A stretch of DNA of 54,306 nucleotides, counting the filler, from Bipalium vagum (Eukaryota): assembly GCA_037834085.1 (NCBI GenBank). It is 3 parts of 3 records of this genome, joined end to end, with 100 filler letters (N's around TTAATTAATTAA, not from the genome) between each part and the next. Parts side by side here need not be neighbours in the genome. Positions count along the whole stretch, not along the records: positions 1 to 16,563 come from JBBMKC010105342.1; positions 16,664 to 35,513 come from JBBMKC010017442.1; 1 more part is not named here. One strand, 5' to 3'. Both the position numbers and the translations under genes were made by a program. The notes below the pieces were generated by a model. It did not search any database. It saw only the letters and a program-made list of their open reading frames with translations, and was not told the origin of the DNA. How positions within the stretch are numbered: the stretch's first letter is position 1; every line of letters starts with the position of its first letter. Below, piece after piece: positions 11,501 to 24,100 of the stretch.

Positions 11501-13700
11501 AAGGAAAGAAGGATAAGGTTTCCTATAATCAAAAACCAAATATAAGTAGAGTAATTAATAAAAAAAATTAATAGAATTTCCTATTTCTTTCTCCATTTTT
11601 CTTTTTGACTTTAAATCAAAACTGATAACAACAATAATAATAATGATAACTTTAGAGATTAAATTTTAATAAAAAATATAAACTAAAAATTTTAAAATTT
11701 TAAAGAAGTAAATTAAATTGAGGTCAAAAGAATTTTAAAAATATTAAAAATAACTATTTTTAAAATAAAAAATAAACTAAAATTTTATTAAAATAAAATT
11801 AAATATTTTATTTAAATATTAAAGGAAAAACACTTTTACTATTCAATTATTTTCGTAAATAACTGTTTTAATCAGCTCTCATTGAATGAATCAATAACAC
11901 ATACGTTTGCAGTAATTAACATGAGAACCAACACCTCAACTGACCTAATGATGGAAGCGTTGCACCTTGGAATTTTTCGAAAGGGTGATGACAGAAAAAA
12001 TAATAAGCCTCCACCAAAAACTTCGAATGTATTAATGTAAAAAAAGAAAAAGGCTTATTGGTGATAGATCTTATTGATAGAAACCTAAGAAGATCCTACG
12101 AATTTCAAGGTGAGTAGCTTGATTATGAGAAACGTCTAATAAAGGCATTTCACAAAAATAAAGCCTATTTAAGACCTAAATAAAGTCTTCAAATATAAAA
12201 GAACAGGTGAACATGTTTATCTGTAAAAGAAGATTAAAGGCTTAGTAGATAAAATCTTGATACATAAACTGGATAAGAAACAGCTTACAAAGGATTTAAT
12301 TGTTAACAACAGACTTTGGAAACACATTACCAAGTACCATTAGAAAAAGATTTACAGAAGACAGCTTTTCTGCTAAAACTGACCAATATTGTACTATACG
12401 AATGCCATTTGGTAATGTAGCAGCACCAGAAACATTCCAGGAATTAATGACGGAAGTATTAGATGGGCCAGAAAAACAATTGTGTATTTTTTAGTTACTG
12501 CGACGTTATCAACAGTTTCTGAATTAAACTCAAGATTTGGTAACATTTTTATTCGAAGAAAATAATTTTTAGTTTTAATAAGTGTCCTCTTTTTATCCTT
12601 TATTTAAGCAAATTAATTACCTGAAACTTTTATTAAAATTAATTTAATTATTTAATTTTTTAAAACCTTTAAATTTATTAAAATTATTTATAAACTTATT
12701 TTACATTAAGGATTAAAATGTTATTATATTACTTTAAAAATATTTATTTATTATTTAATATTAATGAAAATTTAATCCTTACAGTATTAATATATTGACA
12801 ATAACGTAGTATTTTCAAAGATCTTAGATCAAAATTATGAGGGCTTGGGACGAGTATCTAACCGTATGCAAGAGACATGATTGAGGATGAACACAGAAAA
12901 ATACAGCTTATTACAAATAAAATTTCTTGGACTTATAATAGATAAAGAAAGAATTCGAAAAGATTCAATGAAAACCAAAATTATAAAGAATTTTGAAAAG
13001 GCAAAATGTGTAAAGAATATGAGGGGCTTCTTGAGAATACGCAAATTATTATAAGATTCAAAAATAATTATTCAAATAAGTTGAGGGACTTGGAAGAAAA
13101 TTATATAAGCAATAACACCAAGTTGATATTGTCGGATGGTTGTGAAAAGGTATTAATACAAGCACGTATTCTATTTATATTTCTAGAATATAAAAACATT
13201 TTTTCTGGATACATATGGCAGCTTTCATGCATTTGAACAGGTTCTATCAATAAAAAGATAGTCAAGGAATAAGAGTTAATATTTATGAATCACTGGTATT
13301 GTCAGCACACAAAAAGGTTGCTGTATCACAAAGAAAGAATTATGACGATTTATTATTTCTGTAAACAATTATTATTTTATTGTTATTTTACGTAAAAAAT
13401 CCTAGCAACAAAAGATCATAAGACTACCGTATTTATAAAAAATTAAGAACAATCCCATAACAACGGTAGTTTGGATATGGAATTGACTTAAAGATATGGT
13501 GATAAACACACAAATACTGACACGTCTTTAGGAATTAAATAGGAAATGAGCAATCAATATCAAATCCATCTGGTTTAGGAATCCCTAGGTGACCTGCAGA
13601 TGACCGAGAGGACGACCAGGAGACTCCTTTTCGTTCCTGGTGAGATTTCTTTATTATGTTTTCTTTTAATTTTATTTCTTTCCTTTTGTGATTATCTCTT
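8581..13700 (+). mobile_element. Decayed Ty3/Gypsy-like LTR retrotransposon material (probably more than one copy, with nested insertions)
   Basis: RT motifs: IRMPFGNVAAPETFQELMTEVL (about 12395-12465), YIDNNVVFSK (about 12791) and IKFLGLII (about 12917). RT/RNaseH connection FQELKKTL..PVLYFPDIKRTF (about 10930-11000). A putative LTR 8581-9460 (TG...CA, TATA at 8811, AATAAA at 9303) is followed by PBS-like TGGTAGACGAGCG at 9462. A partial second copy of the LTR segment is at 13578-13680. Confidence 0.65.
9576..10566 (+). mobile_element. Mariner element with both TIRs and an internal deletion, nested in the LTR relic
   Basis: TIRs tatcaggtaacaaactaagtttttccgttttt / aaaaaacgaaaaaaattagttcgttacctgata. 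ORF 9851-10468 has HTH motifs (TVQNWFKKF, RSGRP), WVPHHL, HPPYSPDIAPSDFYLF and RW......GEY. Confidence 0.92.
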
Positions 13701-14096
13701 TACATTTATCATAAAATTATTTAACCATATTATTATTATTCATTTATTATTCACAAAACAGCATACACATTTATCAGAAAATTCATGATAGATATCAATT
13801 TAAAAAGATTGAAAGGAATGTAAAAAATATTTTTGAATGAGGATTTTTCAGCAATGACAGTTTGCATGCTTAATTGCAAATGTTTAGTAATACGTGCTCT
13901 GAGGTGAAGTTGTCTCCCCTATGTATCGATTATCACACTCATGACATTAAAATTATTAACGATATTATCATTATAGCATACATCTTAATTTTTATATAAT
14001 ATCTCATTTTTGCTTTAAAAAATTTCACCGGTCCCATATTTAATATTTTTACTTAAATTGGCGCAATGGGAAAAATAAAATAAAATCATGCACATC

Positions 14097-15020
14097 TTAC
14101 CCAGGCAAATATGTCTGTTTAAAACTCGAAATGTTGTAGACCACATTGCCATATTCTTGGAGGAACGGGCATATTTCAATAATGCGATGACAGAAACTTT
14201 TCCTGATACCGAACCACCATTGATTTCCGCCACCAAAATGAAATGAGAGACAAATCATAACGAATATGCCAAATAACAACGGCAAACAGGTAGAAATGAA
14301 ATAACTGTCAATAAGACCGTCAAATTTTAAAGCCAGTAAGATTTCAGAAAGAAGAACTGGAAATATACAACCGGCATATCCGAGAGTAACGGTTAGAGAT
14401 TGGCAAAATTCATCAAAACCAACATAACTCGAATGGCACACAATGATAGCTAAAACGAGACTGCATAATTCTATAATAATTACAATGCTCATTAAGATCC
14501 ACAGTGGAATAAACACGACACCCCATGACCAATCAACCCAATTGTCCAATTTAAGAGGAATAAAAACAAATAATAAGATATTAGCAGCAAAAAAAAGTTC
14601 TAATTCAAAACTGCGCTGATTCTTTGCAAGCCAAATACATAAACCCACACATAAAATACCTAAGACTTGATAAGGAATGCATACTACAAGCCAATGTAAT
14701 ATTTTATTTTCCATGTTCATACATGTTAAAATCTCAGCAATCAATAATATTAACTGAACTAATGTACTCCAAAACATTGCTTTAAAATGAATAAGACCTT
14801 CGTTTCGATACTGAGGACAAGAAACGTAGCAAGAGACACCAGTTATAAATCCAGAAATTGTAATCAGTTTCCAAATCCATAATGGAAAGAAAATAATCCA
14901 ATTGGACCAAGTAATCAAACTGTCAAATTTTAATGCTAAGAGCAAAACAAAAAAAAATAATGATGTGAATACTAAGAACTTGCTGGCATTGAATTTATCA
15001 AATAACTTTTGCAAGTTCAT
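14097..15020 (-). CDS. TMEM185: TMEM185 family (FAM11) multi-pass membrane protein
   Basis: MNLQKLFDKFNASKF N-terminus, repeated L(K/R)(F/L)D..W.W..(I/V)F.PLW units, RSFELELF, and GGNQWWFGIRKSFC..CPFLQEYGNV. The apparent stop overlaps a donor (CCTGG|GTAAG at 14100), so a short unlocated 3' exon may exist. Confidence 0.92.
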   Translation of the reverse strand: MNLQKLFDKFNASKFLVFTSLFFFVLLLALKFDSLITWSNWIIFFPLWIWKLITISGFITGVSCYVSCPQYRNEGLIHFKAMFWSTLVQLILLIAEILTCMNMENKILHWLVVCIPYQVLGILCVGLCIWLAKNQRSFELELFFAANILLFVFIPLKLDNWVDWSWGVVFIPLWILMSIVIIIELCSLVLAIIVCHSSYVGFDEFCQSLTVTLGYAGCIFPVLLSEILLALKFDGLIDSYFISTCLPLLFGIFVMICLSFHFGGGNQWWFGIRKSFCHRIIEICPFLQEYGNVVYNISSFKQTYLPG

Positions 15021-16563
15021 AATCTAAAATAACATAAATTGATTCAAAACATTAATTTTTATTAGTAAAATTAAAAAAATAAAATTATTAATGTATTTTA
15101 TATTGGTAAAAATAATTCTATAAACTAATTATGGAATTGGTTTAAGCCTTTAACAAAATATGTTTAGAATATATAAACAAACTATAAGTTTTTAAAATTA
15201 AATTAATAAATTAATTAGAATTATAAAATTAAATTTTGATTCTCAAAACTCCTCATATTTTTACAACGGATTATTTAATTCATAAGATCATCACGAATTT
15301 GATATTTGCATTAGAATTTTAGAATGTTTAATTTATGAAATGAAATTTATAAATAGGTTTATCTGAAAATATGAAATAAGATTTATTATTAATACTTGAA
15401 ACTCATACAAAATGAAAAAACTAATTACAATTATTTATATAAGAATCTCAATTGTGTTGATACTACATATGGTTTAGATGAAGATTTCAAACATCAAGAG
15501 TAATATTTATAATATGTCGATTACAAAATTATCCTTCAGTTATTAAAAAAGTAAAATGTTGTAGCCATACTTTTATTGTAAATGTTTTTTTATCTCGATA
15601 CCTGTATAAGTAATATTTTTAATTATTTATTTAATTATGATTTAATTATTTACTTATTATTAATAAAGATATTAATATTTAATATTACAGCTATATTAAG
15701 GCGATTCTCCTTTCTTTTAATACCATTAGATTCCATAATAATTCCAAATGCAAATAAGATAATACAGTAGAACACTGATTTATTATTCGCAAAATATACC
15801 AAACCATTTCAGAATATTAAAAACAGAGTAAGAATGAAGGATATTTTATTTGTTCACAAACCTGTCCAAACATTACTGAGCGAAATCTTTATTCTTACTC
15901 TACTCAATTTAGATCATTTTTATCCATTAATTAATTTATTATTTTAAACATGAATGAAAAATGATATTGTAAACTTTATAAAAATGATATCCCTAAAAAA
16001 ATTATAGGTGATCAAAAATAATCATATTTTCAAAGTTATTAAAATCTATTATAGAATTTTTATATTATTCATTAGTTTTTTTTTCTTTAAAATCATTAGA
16101 GAAAATCATCATATGTTGAAAATTTATTAAAAGTTAATATTTCATCAAATTGGTTAAAGTTATCCCAAGATATATAATAAGAAAAATACTATTTAAGGTT
16201 TTAAGTTAAATGAGTCCAATATTTGATGATTGTTTATTTATAATAACATATTTCACATTTTCTCAAAAGATATATCTGGTGTACCCTATATGAATCTCAG
16301 AATCTAGTATTTTTCCAATTTAATTAGGTATATTTTTCATCATTGTTATATTTTTTTATTTCATTGAGAAATCTTATCTCCAATTTGTTAAGATCCTAAG
16401 TGGGTGGTTAAGATGATGTTAAAGGTTGGAGCTTGAGTTTAACTTAGGTCTCAACGGTTGAAGGTTGCAAAAGGTTGTGTTCGTTAAAATTATTTAAATG
16501 AACCAAATTAACGAGATAGGTTTAATACTTTTATTGAAATCGAATTAAAACTTTATTTTACAA

Positions 16564-16663
16564 NNNNNNNNNNNNNNNNNNNNNNNNNNNNNNNNNNNNN
16601 NNNNNNNTTAATTAATTAANNNNNNNNNNNNNNNNNNNNNNNNNNNNNNNNNNNNNNNNNNNN
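16564..16663. other. Artificial 100-bp spacer N44-TTAATTAATTAA-N44
   Basis: Exactly 44 N, a 12-mer with stops in all six frames, then 44 N. An identical block is at 35514-35613. Confidence 0.95.
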
Positions 16664-16886
16664 ATGGTGTGCAACTTGTTAATATTTAAACAAATAATAT
16701 ATTTAAAATTTGCTTTTAAAGTTTATAAAGAAAAAGCGCATGAACTTATAAATCAGCCCAATATAAATAACCTATGTAGTCTAAATAAATGACATTTTTG
16801 TTTTTTTCTGAAACGTGTATTGAATATCTCCTTTTTTTCATTTAATTTTTCAAATGATCAATCGTTGATCTAGTTAAAGTTAATAT

Positions 16887-17600
16887 TTAGTTAAAATTAA
16901 CTATAATAGGCGAATTAAATAAGCTCATCTTCTTAACAAACTTTTGCCAAAAAATTGGTAGATTTTCTATTCCTGTGCGATAGAATTCGATAGACCTGGA
17001 GGCAATAAACTTTTGAAATTCCCTTTTTAACACATCTTCGTTCTGAAATCTTTTTCCATTCAAATAATTTTGTAAATGTTTGAATAAATAGAAATCAGTT
17101 CGCGAGAGATTTAGTAAGTGCCTGTAGATGTGGCAGAATTTCATCATTTAGGCTATTCAGCTTATCCATGGTTCGTTTTGTAATGTGCGAATGGGCATTG
17201 TCATGCAATAGAATTTGGCCTTTTCTATTGATCAATGCTGGGTAAATTTCTGTCAACTTTTCTTACATAATATAAATTTCTAGACAGTATTTCTCTGCTG
17301 TTATCATTTTTCCTTTTCCGTGTAATCGTAATGAATCATTCATTTTGAACACTACCATACCGTAACCATTATCGATTTTTCGCGTTGACTCGGTTTTGGG
17401 AAGGACGAGGACATTCACAGATGTGTAACCATTGTTTTAAAGGTTTAATATTGTTATAGAACAACCATTTTTTCATCACAAGTAATCAGAAGATGAAGAA
17501 ATTGCTCATTTTTTTATCCTCAAAACGAGTTCTGAGCATATTTCATAGTGTTTTATTTTCTTTTTATGGTTAGCTCACTTTTTCAGTTTCTTTGTCTTAC
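16887..17600 (-). mobile_element. Decayed mariner transposase
   Basis: LITCDEKWLFY (first catalytic D), ILLHDNAHSH, and TDFYLFKHLQNYLNGKRF...FYRTGIENLPIFWQK on the minus strand, with frameshifts. Confidence 0.85.
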
Positions 17601-17699
17601 CTATTTGCTTCATACGTCTGATTGCAATCTATACTTTTGGCTTTATTTTCTTATTGCTGTTCGCATATCCCTTCCTCCAGAGCCTGTACACCTACCCAT

Positions 17700-18135
17700 C
17701 AAATTTGAAAGAACCACAAAATCAAGAATCTATTTTTTTAAAGATTTGAATGTCAATGTTTTGGACTGGTCTGGAAATTCACCAGATACAGATCCTATAG
17801 AAAATTTATGGGGATGGATAAAGAAAGTTAAGAAATAGAACCACTAGAAGCGTTGTGGAAGGATGTTACACGGTTATGGTACTCGAAAATTTTACTAAGA
17901 AAATGTTTTTAATAAGCGTTTTTAGTTTCTAATGACATTAATAATCTCATAAAGCTACTGGCATCTATTGAAAATAAAAACTGTTTGTGACCTTTTACAA
18001 ATCTTCCATCGTATAAAAATCATGTACACTTAAGTTTACTTACATGTTTTATCTTTTTCTTCTCAACTTTACTGATTAGGTTTTTCAGAAAACCAATTAT
18101 GTTCAATTTTAATTTTAATCGCTTTTAAATATTTT
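17700..18135 (+). mobile_element. Tc1-like (DDxE) 3' fragment plus its non-coding end
   Basis: VLDWSGNSPDTDPIENLWGWIK matches the Tc1 WP..SPDLNPIENLW motif. The following ~220 bp recurs at about 24315-24548. Confidence 0.75.
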
Positions 18136-18195
18136 GATAAATTTTCGAGTTTTACAAATTGAGAAGTATTTTTTTCTTGTTTTCTATATCTATAG

Positions 18196-21100
18196 AAATC
18201 CAGTAGTGGGAATCAACTACCTCATTAAAAATCAATTCATCAAACCACATCCTTCTCATATTGCTAAATTTTTATTGACCAAAACCGGAATCAGTCGCAG
18301 TTCAGTGGGTGATTATATAGGATTGCTCAATGATCCTTTAGCTTTACAAGTGACAAAGTATTTGGTGTTTTTCAACGACGCGTTTGAATTGTCTTGTAGA
18401 TTTTTTCTCAGACGAATAAACATGAAAAAGAAAGATATCGACGAAGCTCTCAGATCTTTTATTTATTATGTTCATTTACCGGTGAGTATTATTATTATTT
18501 ATTAATGATTTGATGTTATTTTTTTTGAGAATTTCTTTTCTTGTTAAAAATATCTATCTATTAAATTAGTTCGAAATCAAAATTTCTATTGATTTTTCTA
18601 GTCAATCAAGACAAATCCTTTTCTGTAAACCGTAAGTTCTGAGCACTTAAAATGGTTTCGTGGACTTTATTAGATGTCATATGAATGATGAATTTTGATA
18701 TTGATGTTCAATTAAAAATTTTTAAATCTGACATTGTTTTTGTTTTAAAAATTATTGATTGAATTTTAATTAACAAATTATTGTTGAGATCAACAGTTTG
18801 TTAATTTCAATACATAATATATTTTAATATGATAATTGTTGGTCATATAACTTCAATTCATTGACAGCAAGAAAAATAAATTATATGTGTATGATGTGTG
18901 ATGCAATTGTGATCTGATCCATTTCAATGGTATTGAATTTTTAAAGAAATTTTGATTTGTACATCTGTCTTATTAGTTGAATTTGTCATCGATGATTCTG
19001 ACATCCTCTTTAGGTATTCGCATTATTGAAGAAAGATTTCAACAGAATAAAGAGTACTACTTAAAGGAAAAAAAATATCAAACGTATTTGTTTCTCACTT
19101 TCAATGGTTATGTAGGAGAGTGTGATTAATGAGTTTAAAATTTTAAGGATAAGCACTCTTTTCCTTCAAAAATATATTGAAAAATCATTTTCTGCACATT
19201 TTGTAAGTATGCCGTATGAATTAAGAATGACACTTAAATAATTCAAAAAAATGTTTAAAATATTTACAAAATTATATATACATTTTTAATCAAAGAGTTT
19301 CTTGAACAGACTGATTTAATTTCGTAAATAAAAGAAATCGTAAATACTTATAGATAATAAGATGGAATACAATATTCTTGAAATTTCAAGGAATAGTTTA
19401 ATAAATCTATCGATTTTCATTCGACAATGTGTTCTTCAATCAATAAAACTCTTAACATTAATTAATTAAAACTGTTATCATAAAAGGTCGCATTGTTGAT
19501 CCATTTAAAATATAAAGACTAGTACTGCTGTATCAAATTTCATAATTTTCATGGACATGGTCAGACAAAAGGTTATGATTTAGAAGACTTGATATGTGGA
19601 ATATGTCATGAAAGTGGTACTAACTTTATTAGAACCATTAAAAAGAAATATAATTTAATCTACATAAAAATAATTTCATTTATTTTCTTTGTTCAGATTT
19701 CTTATCTTCTTTCTATTGGAACTTTAATCGCATTTCATAACCTTTATAAATGTTCCATTAACGTTTATTTTATTGGGTCTCTTATAAATTACATTTAGAA
19801 CATTTTTCGATATTCTAAAGATTATAAAATTAAGATTTTGTATTATTTATAGATTAATATTTAATGATAAAACTTTAAAATTTATTAATGATTTTAATTT
19901 TTTACCCAAAATTATTTAATGAAAAATTAAAATATGTGTGAAGAAATTCAATTGCTCTTGATGATTTTGAGACGAATCTCTTTATTTCTTTAACCATCAC
20001 AGAAATCGATTTTCTTTGGAGAAATAATTTCAATTTTCATGGAAAATATTTATTTTTCAATATTTTTTTCACTAAAAAATTATTATTTATCATTGAAACT
20101 TTTTTGGCGAATTGTCTTTTCTGAAAATCATTTCATTTTGGAAAAAGAAAACAAATGATTGTTTTGAGTTTCATCAACATTTTTTATGAAAATTTCTACT
20201 TTTTTGGTTATATTTTGTATGTTATAAATAATTAATTATACAACTTTATGTTACAATAAAATCCTTGATAAAATACGATTTTTATTACAACGGTAAAACA
20301 AATTATCTGAACATAAATTTTATTGATTTTTTTACCTGTGTAACTACTTCAGTTAATCAGATAAAGATATTTTGATAACTCGTAAGAGACAAAAATAAAA
20401 AAAATCAATTAAAATTTTAGTTTATTTGATATTAAATGTACCAGTTTAATAATTGTGTAAAATTGCTAAAATTATTATAATTATTTCTTTCAATGAAAAT
20501 TTAATTATCTATTTTATGTATCGAATGATTTCTTATAAAGAAACTAAAACTTTTCAAAAATTAATATTTTATTTTCAATAGTTTTTTTCTTTAAAATTAT
20601 TTTTCGGTTTATACTTCCTTCATAATTTCTGAACTCCAGCGGAAAATGTGATATTTTTATAAAATAGGTAAAAACTTAAAAAATTATTATGAATTTTTAT
20701 CACTATAATTATTTGAATAGACAAGAGTTCCAAGATAAGGAAGCCATCAAAACAAAAAATCTCGGTCTTTTTGATTCAAAAGCACCGTCATTTTACAACC
20801 ATAGTATTAGATTGATTTAGAATCATTGATTGACATCAAGAACCTTGTTATATTGATTTAAATATATAATTAAAAAACGAAATACTTATTCTTTGATTGA
20901 ATATTTTCAAAAGTATTTTTTATTTGATTTAAGATTAAAATATAAGATTAAATATATAGGGATCAAATCAGTCTAAATAATCAAATACTTTCTTGGATAA
21001 CCGATTATAAACTTCTAAGTTTGTATTATTATTTAATTTTAATTTGAAAAAAAAATGAGTTGAATTTTTTTTAATGAATTTTCCAAATTTTAAATTATAT

Positions 21101-24100
21101 GATTAAACAAAATCCTTTTCTTGTTTTTATTCTTAAAATGAATTTAAAATTTTTTATAAATGTCACTAGATAAAAATTTATTATTTATGATTAATGAAAA
21201 TATCTACTTTGTACTGTGAATCAAGTATATGAAATAAAAACTATTGGACTTTTCAGTTTGTAATCTGACCGAGATCTGTGACATGTACACAATTCTCAAT
21301 TGTATGACTGAAAAGATTTCGTTGTAACGAATTACATTAATTTTCCACTAATAATAAACATTTTCATAAGTTATTTCAATGTTTAGGGTGAATCTCAAAA
21401 AATATCTCATCTTATGGAAGAATTCAAAGAGGCTTATGTAAACCAAAACGAAAGAATACATTTCCAATCTCCTGAAACCGTTATGGTTTTAGCATATGCC
21501 ATAATAATGCTTCAAACAGATGCGCATAATTTATCGATAAAAAAGAGCGAGAAAATGACATTGGAGCAATTTGTCAATAATCTTCGAGGTGTTGACGAAA
21601 GTATACCGTGTTTATATTTATTGCATAAAAATTCGTGCTTTCAGATCATGATATTGATCGTAGCATCTTGGAACCAATATATATGAGAGTTACAAACAAA
21701 GAATTCAAAACAATGCCTGATCACATGGATCAAGTAAAGAAACTGAATGATATAATTTGTGGTCCGAATAAGCCTCCAGATCTTTTGAACCGTGTTCGTC
21801 GGTTTATGTGTTATTGTAGGTTATCAGAAGTAATAATTATTGATTTTCATTAAATTTGTTAAATTCTTTTGATATGAAAAATTAATAAAAATCAATAATT
21901 TTCTTATTCTATTTTTAACTTCCGTCGTACTAGATCAATCCAAGGAAAAAAATGATTAATTTATTTTAATTTTTGTTCTTTTACATTTTTTTTGATTATC
22001 AATTTAAACAATGTGTCGATGTCAAACGGGTATTTTTGTGAATTTGGTCCAAGACCATTTATTATTCAATAAATTTGTTTAATATTTTGTTTTAATTCAT
22101 GCTAAAATTTTGTTATATAACGATTATAAAAATATTGTGTATTATTAGTTGTTACAAACAAAATGAGCGAAATGTACATGGCCTTGTTCTCATATATATC
22201 AGCCAGCTTCGTTTGATTGGAAACGATTATTTAAACAATAATTACCAGAGGCAGCTGTCACAAGATTGGAACTTCTCGGTACATTGCAAGAGATTGAATA
22301 ATTGATTTTCTTCGACTCTCAATCGATTGTTTAATTGCATTATTAAAATCATCAGTTTTTTATGATGTTTTTTCGAAAAAGTTCTTTCAAAAATTTCTTA
22401 TTTTTCACATGAAATTAGAAAGTCAATATTCATTTTAAATTGAAGAAAAAATATTACAATATTTTTATCACATCTAAATATTTTGTGCTATATCATTAAT
22501 TTAATAAACCAATAATGAAATATTAATATTTTTCTTTGATATTGATATCCTATTATCTTGTAACTTTTATTGACTTAAAATTGTTGAAATTAAAATCCAA
22601 ATGTAAATTTATTGAAAAAATAATATGAACAATATTTATCTCATATTAATGATAAATACAGTATTCAGTTAATACACATTGTACATGGTCATCGAGATAA
22701 ATCCGGAAATGTTTAAATCTTAATTAAAAGAATGAAAAAGGCAAAACTAATAACTATTTTAAAATAAAAATTTGTACAACTAAATGAATGTATCAAGTTT
22801 AGTATTTTTCGATATGATCACCATTATTGGTCACAATCGCCGAGAACCGGGCTTAGAATGTGCCACATTCTTGCTTGAATTCCTCCCTGTCCAATTTCGC
22901 CATTACCTGTATAATTTCATCCTGTAAGGACTCAATTATGTTATGTGGTTTTGAGTTAACTTGTGATTCAACCACGCTCCATAGGTAATAATCGAGACGA
23001 TTGCAATCCGGATTGGAGGGAGGCCATAGATCAGTTGACCAATGGTAGGGAAAATTTTCGTGAAGCCATTCTTGTGTTATCCTTGATTTATGTGCAGGAA
23101 TCAAGTCTTGTTGGAAGACATGCAATCTCTTATCTGTTATTTCGTCCATCCACAGTTTAACAACCGCGTCTAGTACTCCGATATAGGCTTCAGCATCCAC
23201 CTATAAGACGACACTGGAAAGTAACCACGTCTAGCACCATGACTGAAGCTGGAAACTTAGAATGCATAGAGGGTGGAACCTTGCCAAGTCATAAACTAGG
23301 GTGTTGTGTTAACCAAACCATTTAATTATTTCTTGACTTTCTTCCAGCGCGAAGTGATTCCAACACTGCGACTCTTGGGACATATTCTGAAGCCACAACT
23401 AATATGAAATAATTCAAATTTGAATAATCTATTTTATTGATAAATTACCTTACTTAAACAAAATTATTATCTTGATTACTCAAATATCTTCTTTTAATAC
23501 AACTTTGAAAATTTTTCGGATTTATGTCGACGACCCTGTATATTGATTTTTATAAGATTTTTAAAATTTACTTATTGTAAGTGAATTAATTGATTTTATT
23601 CTGGTTAATATTATTAAAAATTAACTATATTGTTCATCCTTTAATATCTTGATGATGAGTAGATCTTTATTAATATTTATATTATTAAATAAACTTTTAC
23701 TTTTGTAATCCCATTCATTTATTTATAGTTAATTCTATTTAATTAATAACATGGAAGTGTAATCAAAGTAAACTTAACATTGTATCGTAATTTTATTATT
23801 AATTAATAAAAAATATTTTGATCAATGCTATTCTGCTACTATTATTAAAAATTTTATATTATCATTATAATTTAATTATATAAATTATGATTTTAAAAAA
23901 TTCTCATAGTCTAAGTGAATTCTTTATGGAAAATATTGCAATAGTGAATAGTACAATGTTTTAGTTGACTTTTTTGAATTTTTTGTTTAATGATTTATTA
24001 TTTTTATTAATATTATTGTTTTCAAAATTATATATATTAATACACTTTTTAGCACTAATTGAAACATTACAAAAAATAAAATCTAAAATTTTCAAAAATT

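Noticed and set aside
15360-16330. Possible 5' IQSEC exons
   Set aside because: No IQ or GLNLFN motif in a phase-consistent exon, and the region lies across an artificial join.
16608-16619. TTAATTAATTAA as a biological palindrome, PacI site or regulatory motif
   Set aside because: Centred in symmetric N44 runs twice, so it is synthetic.
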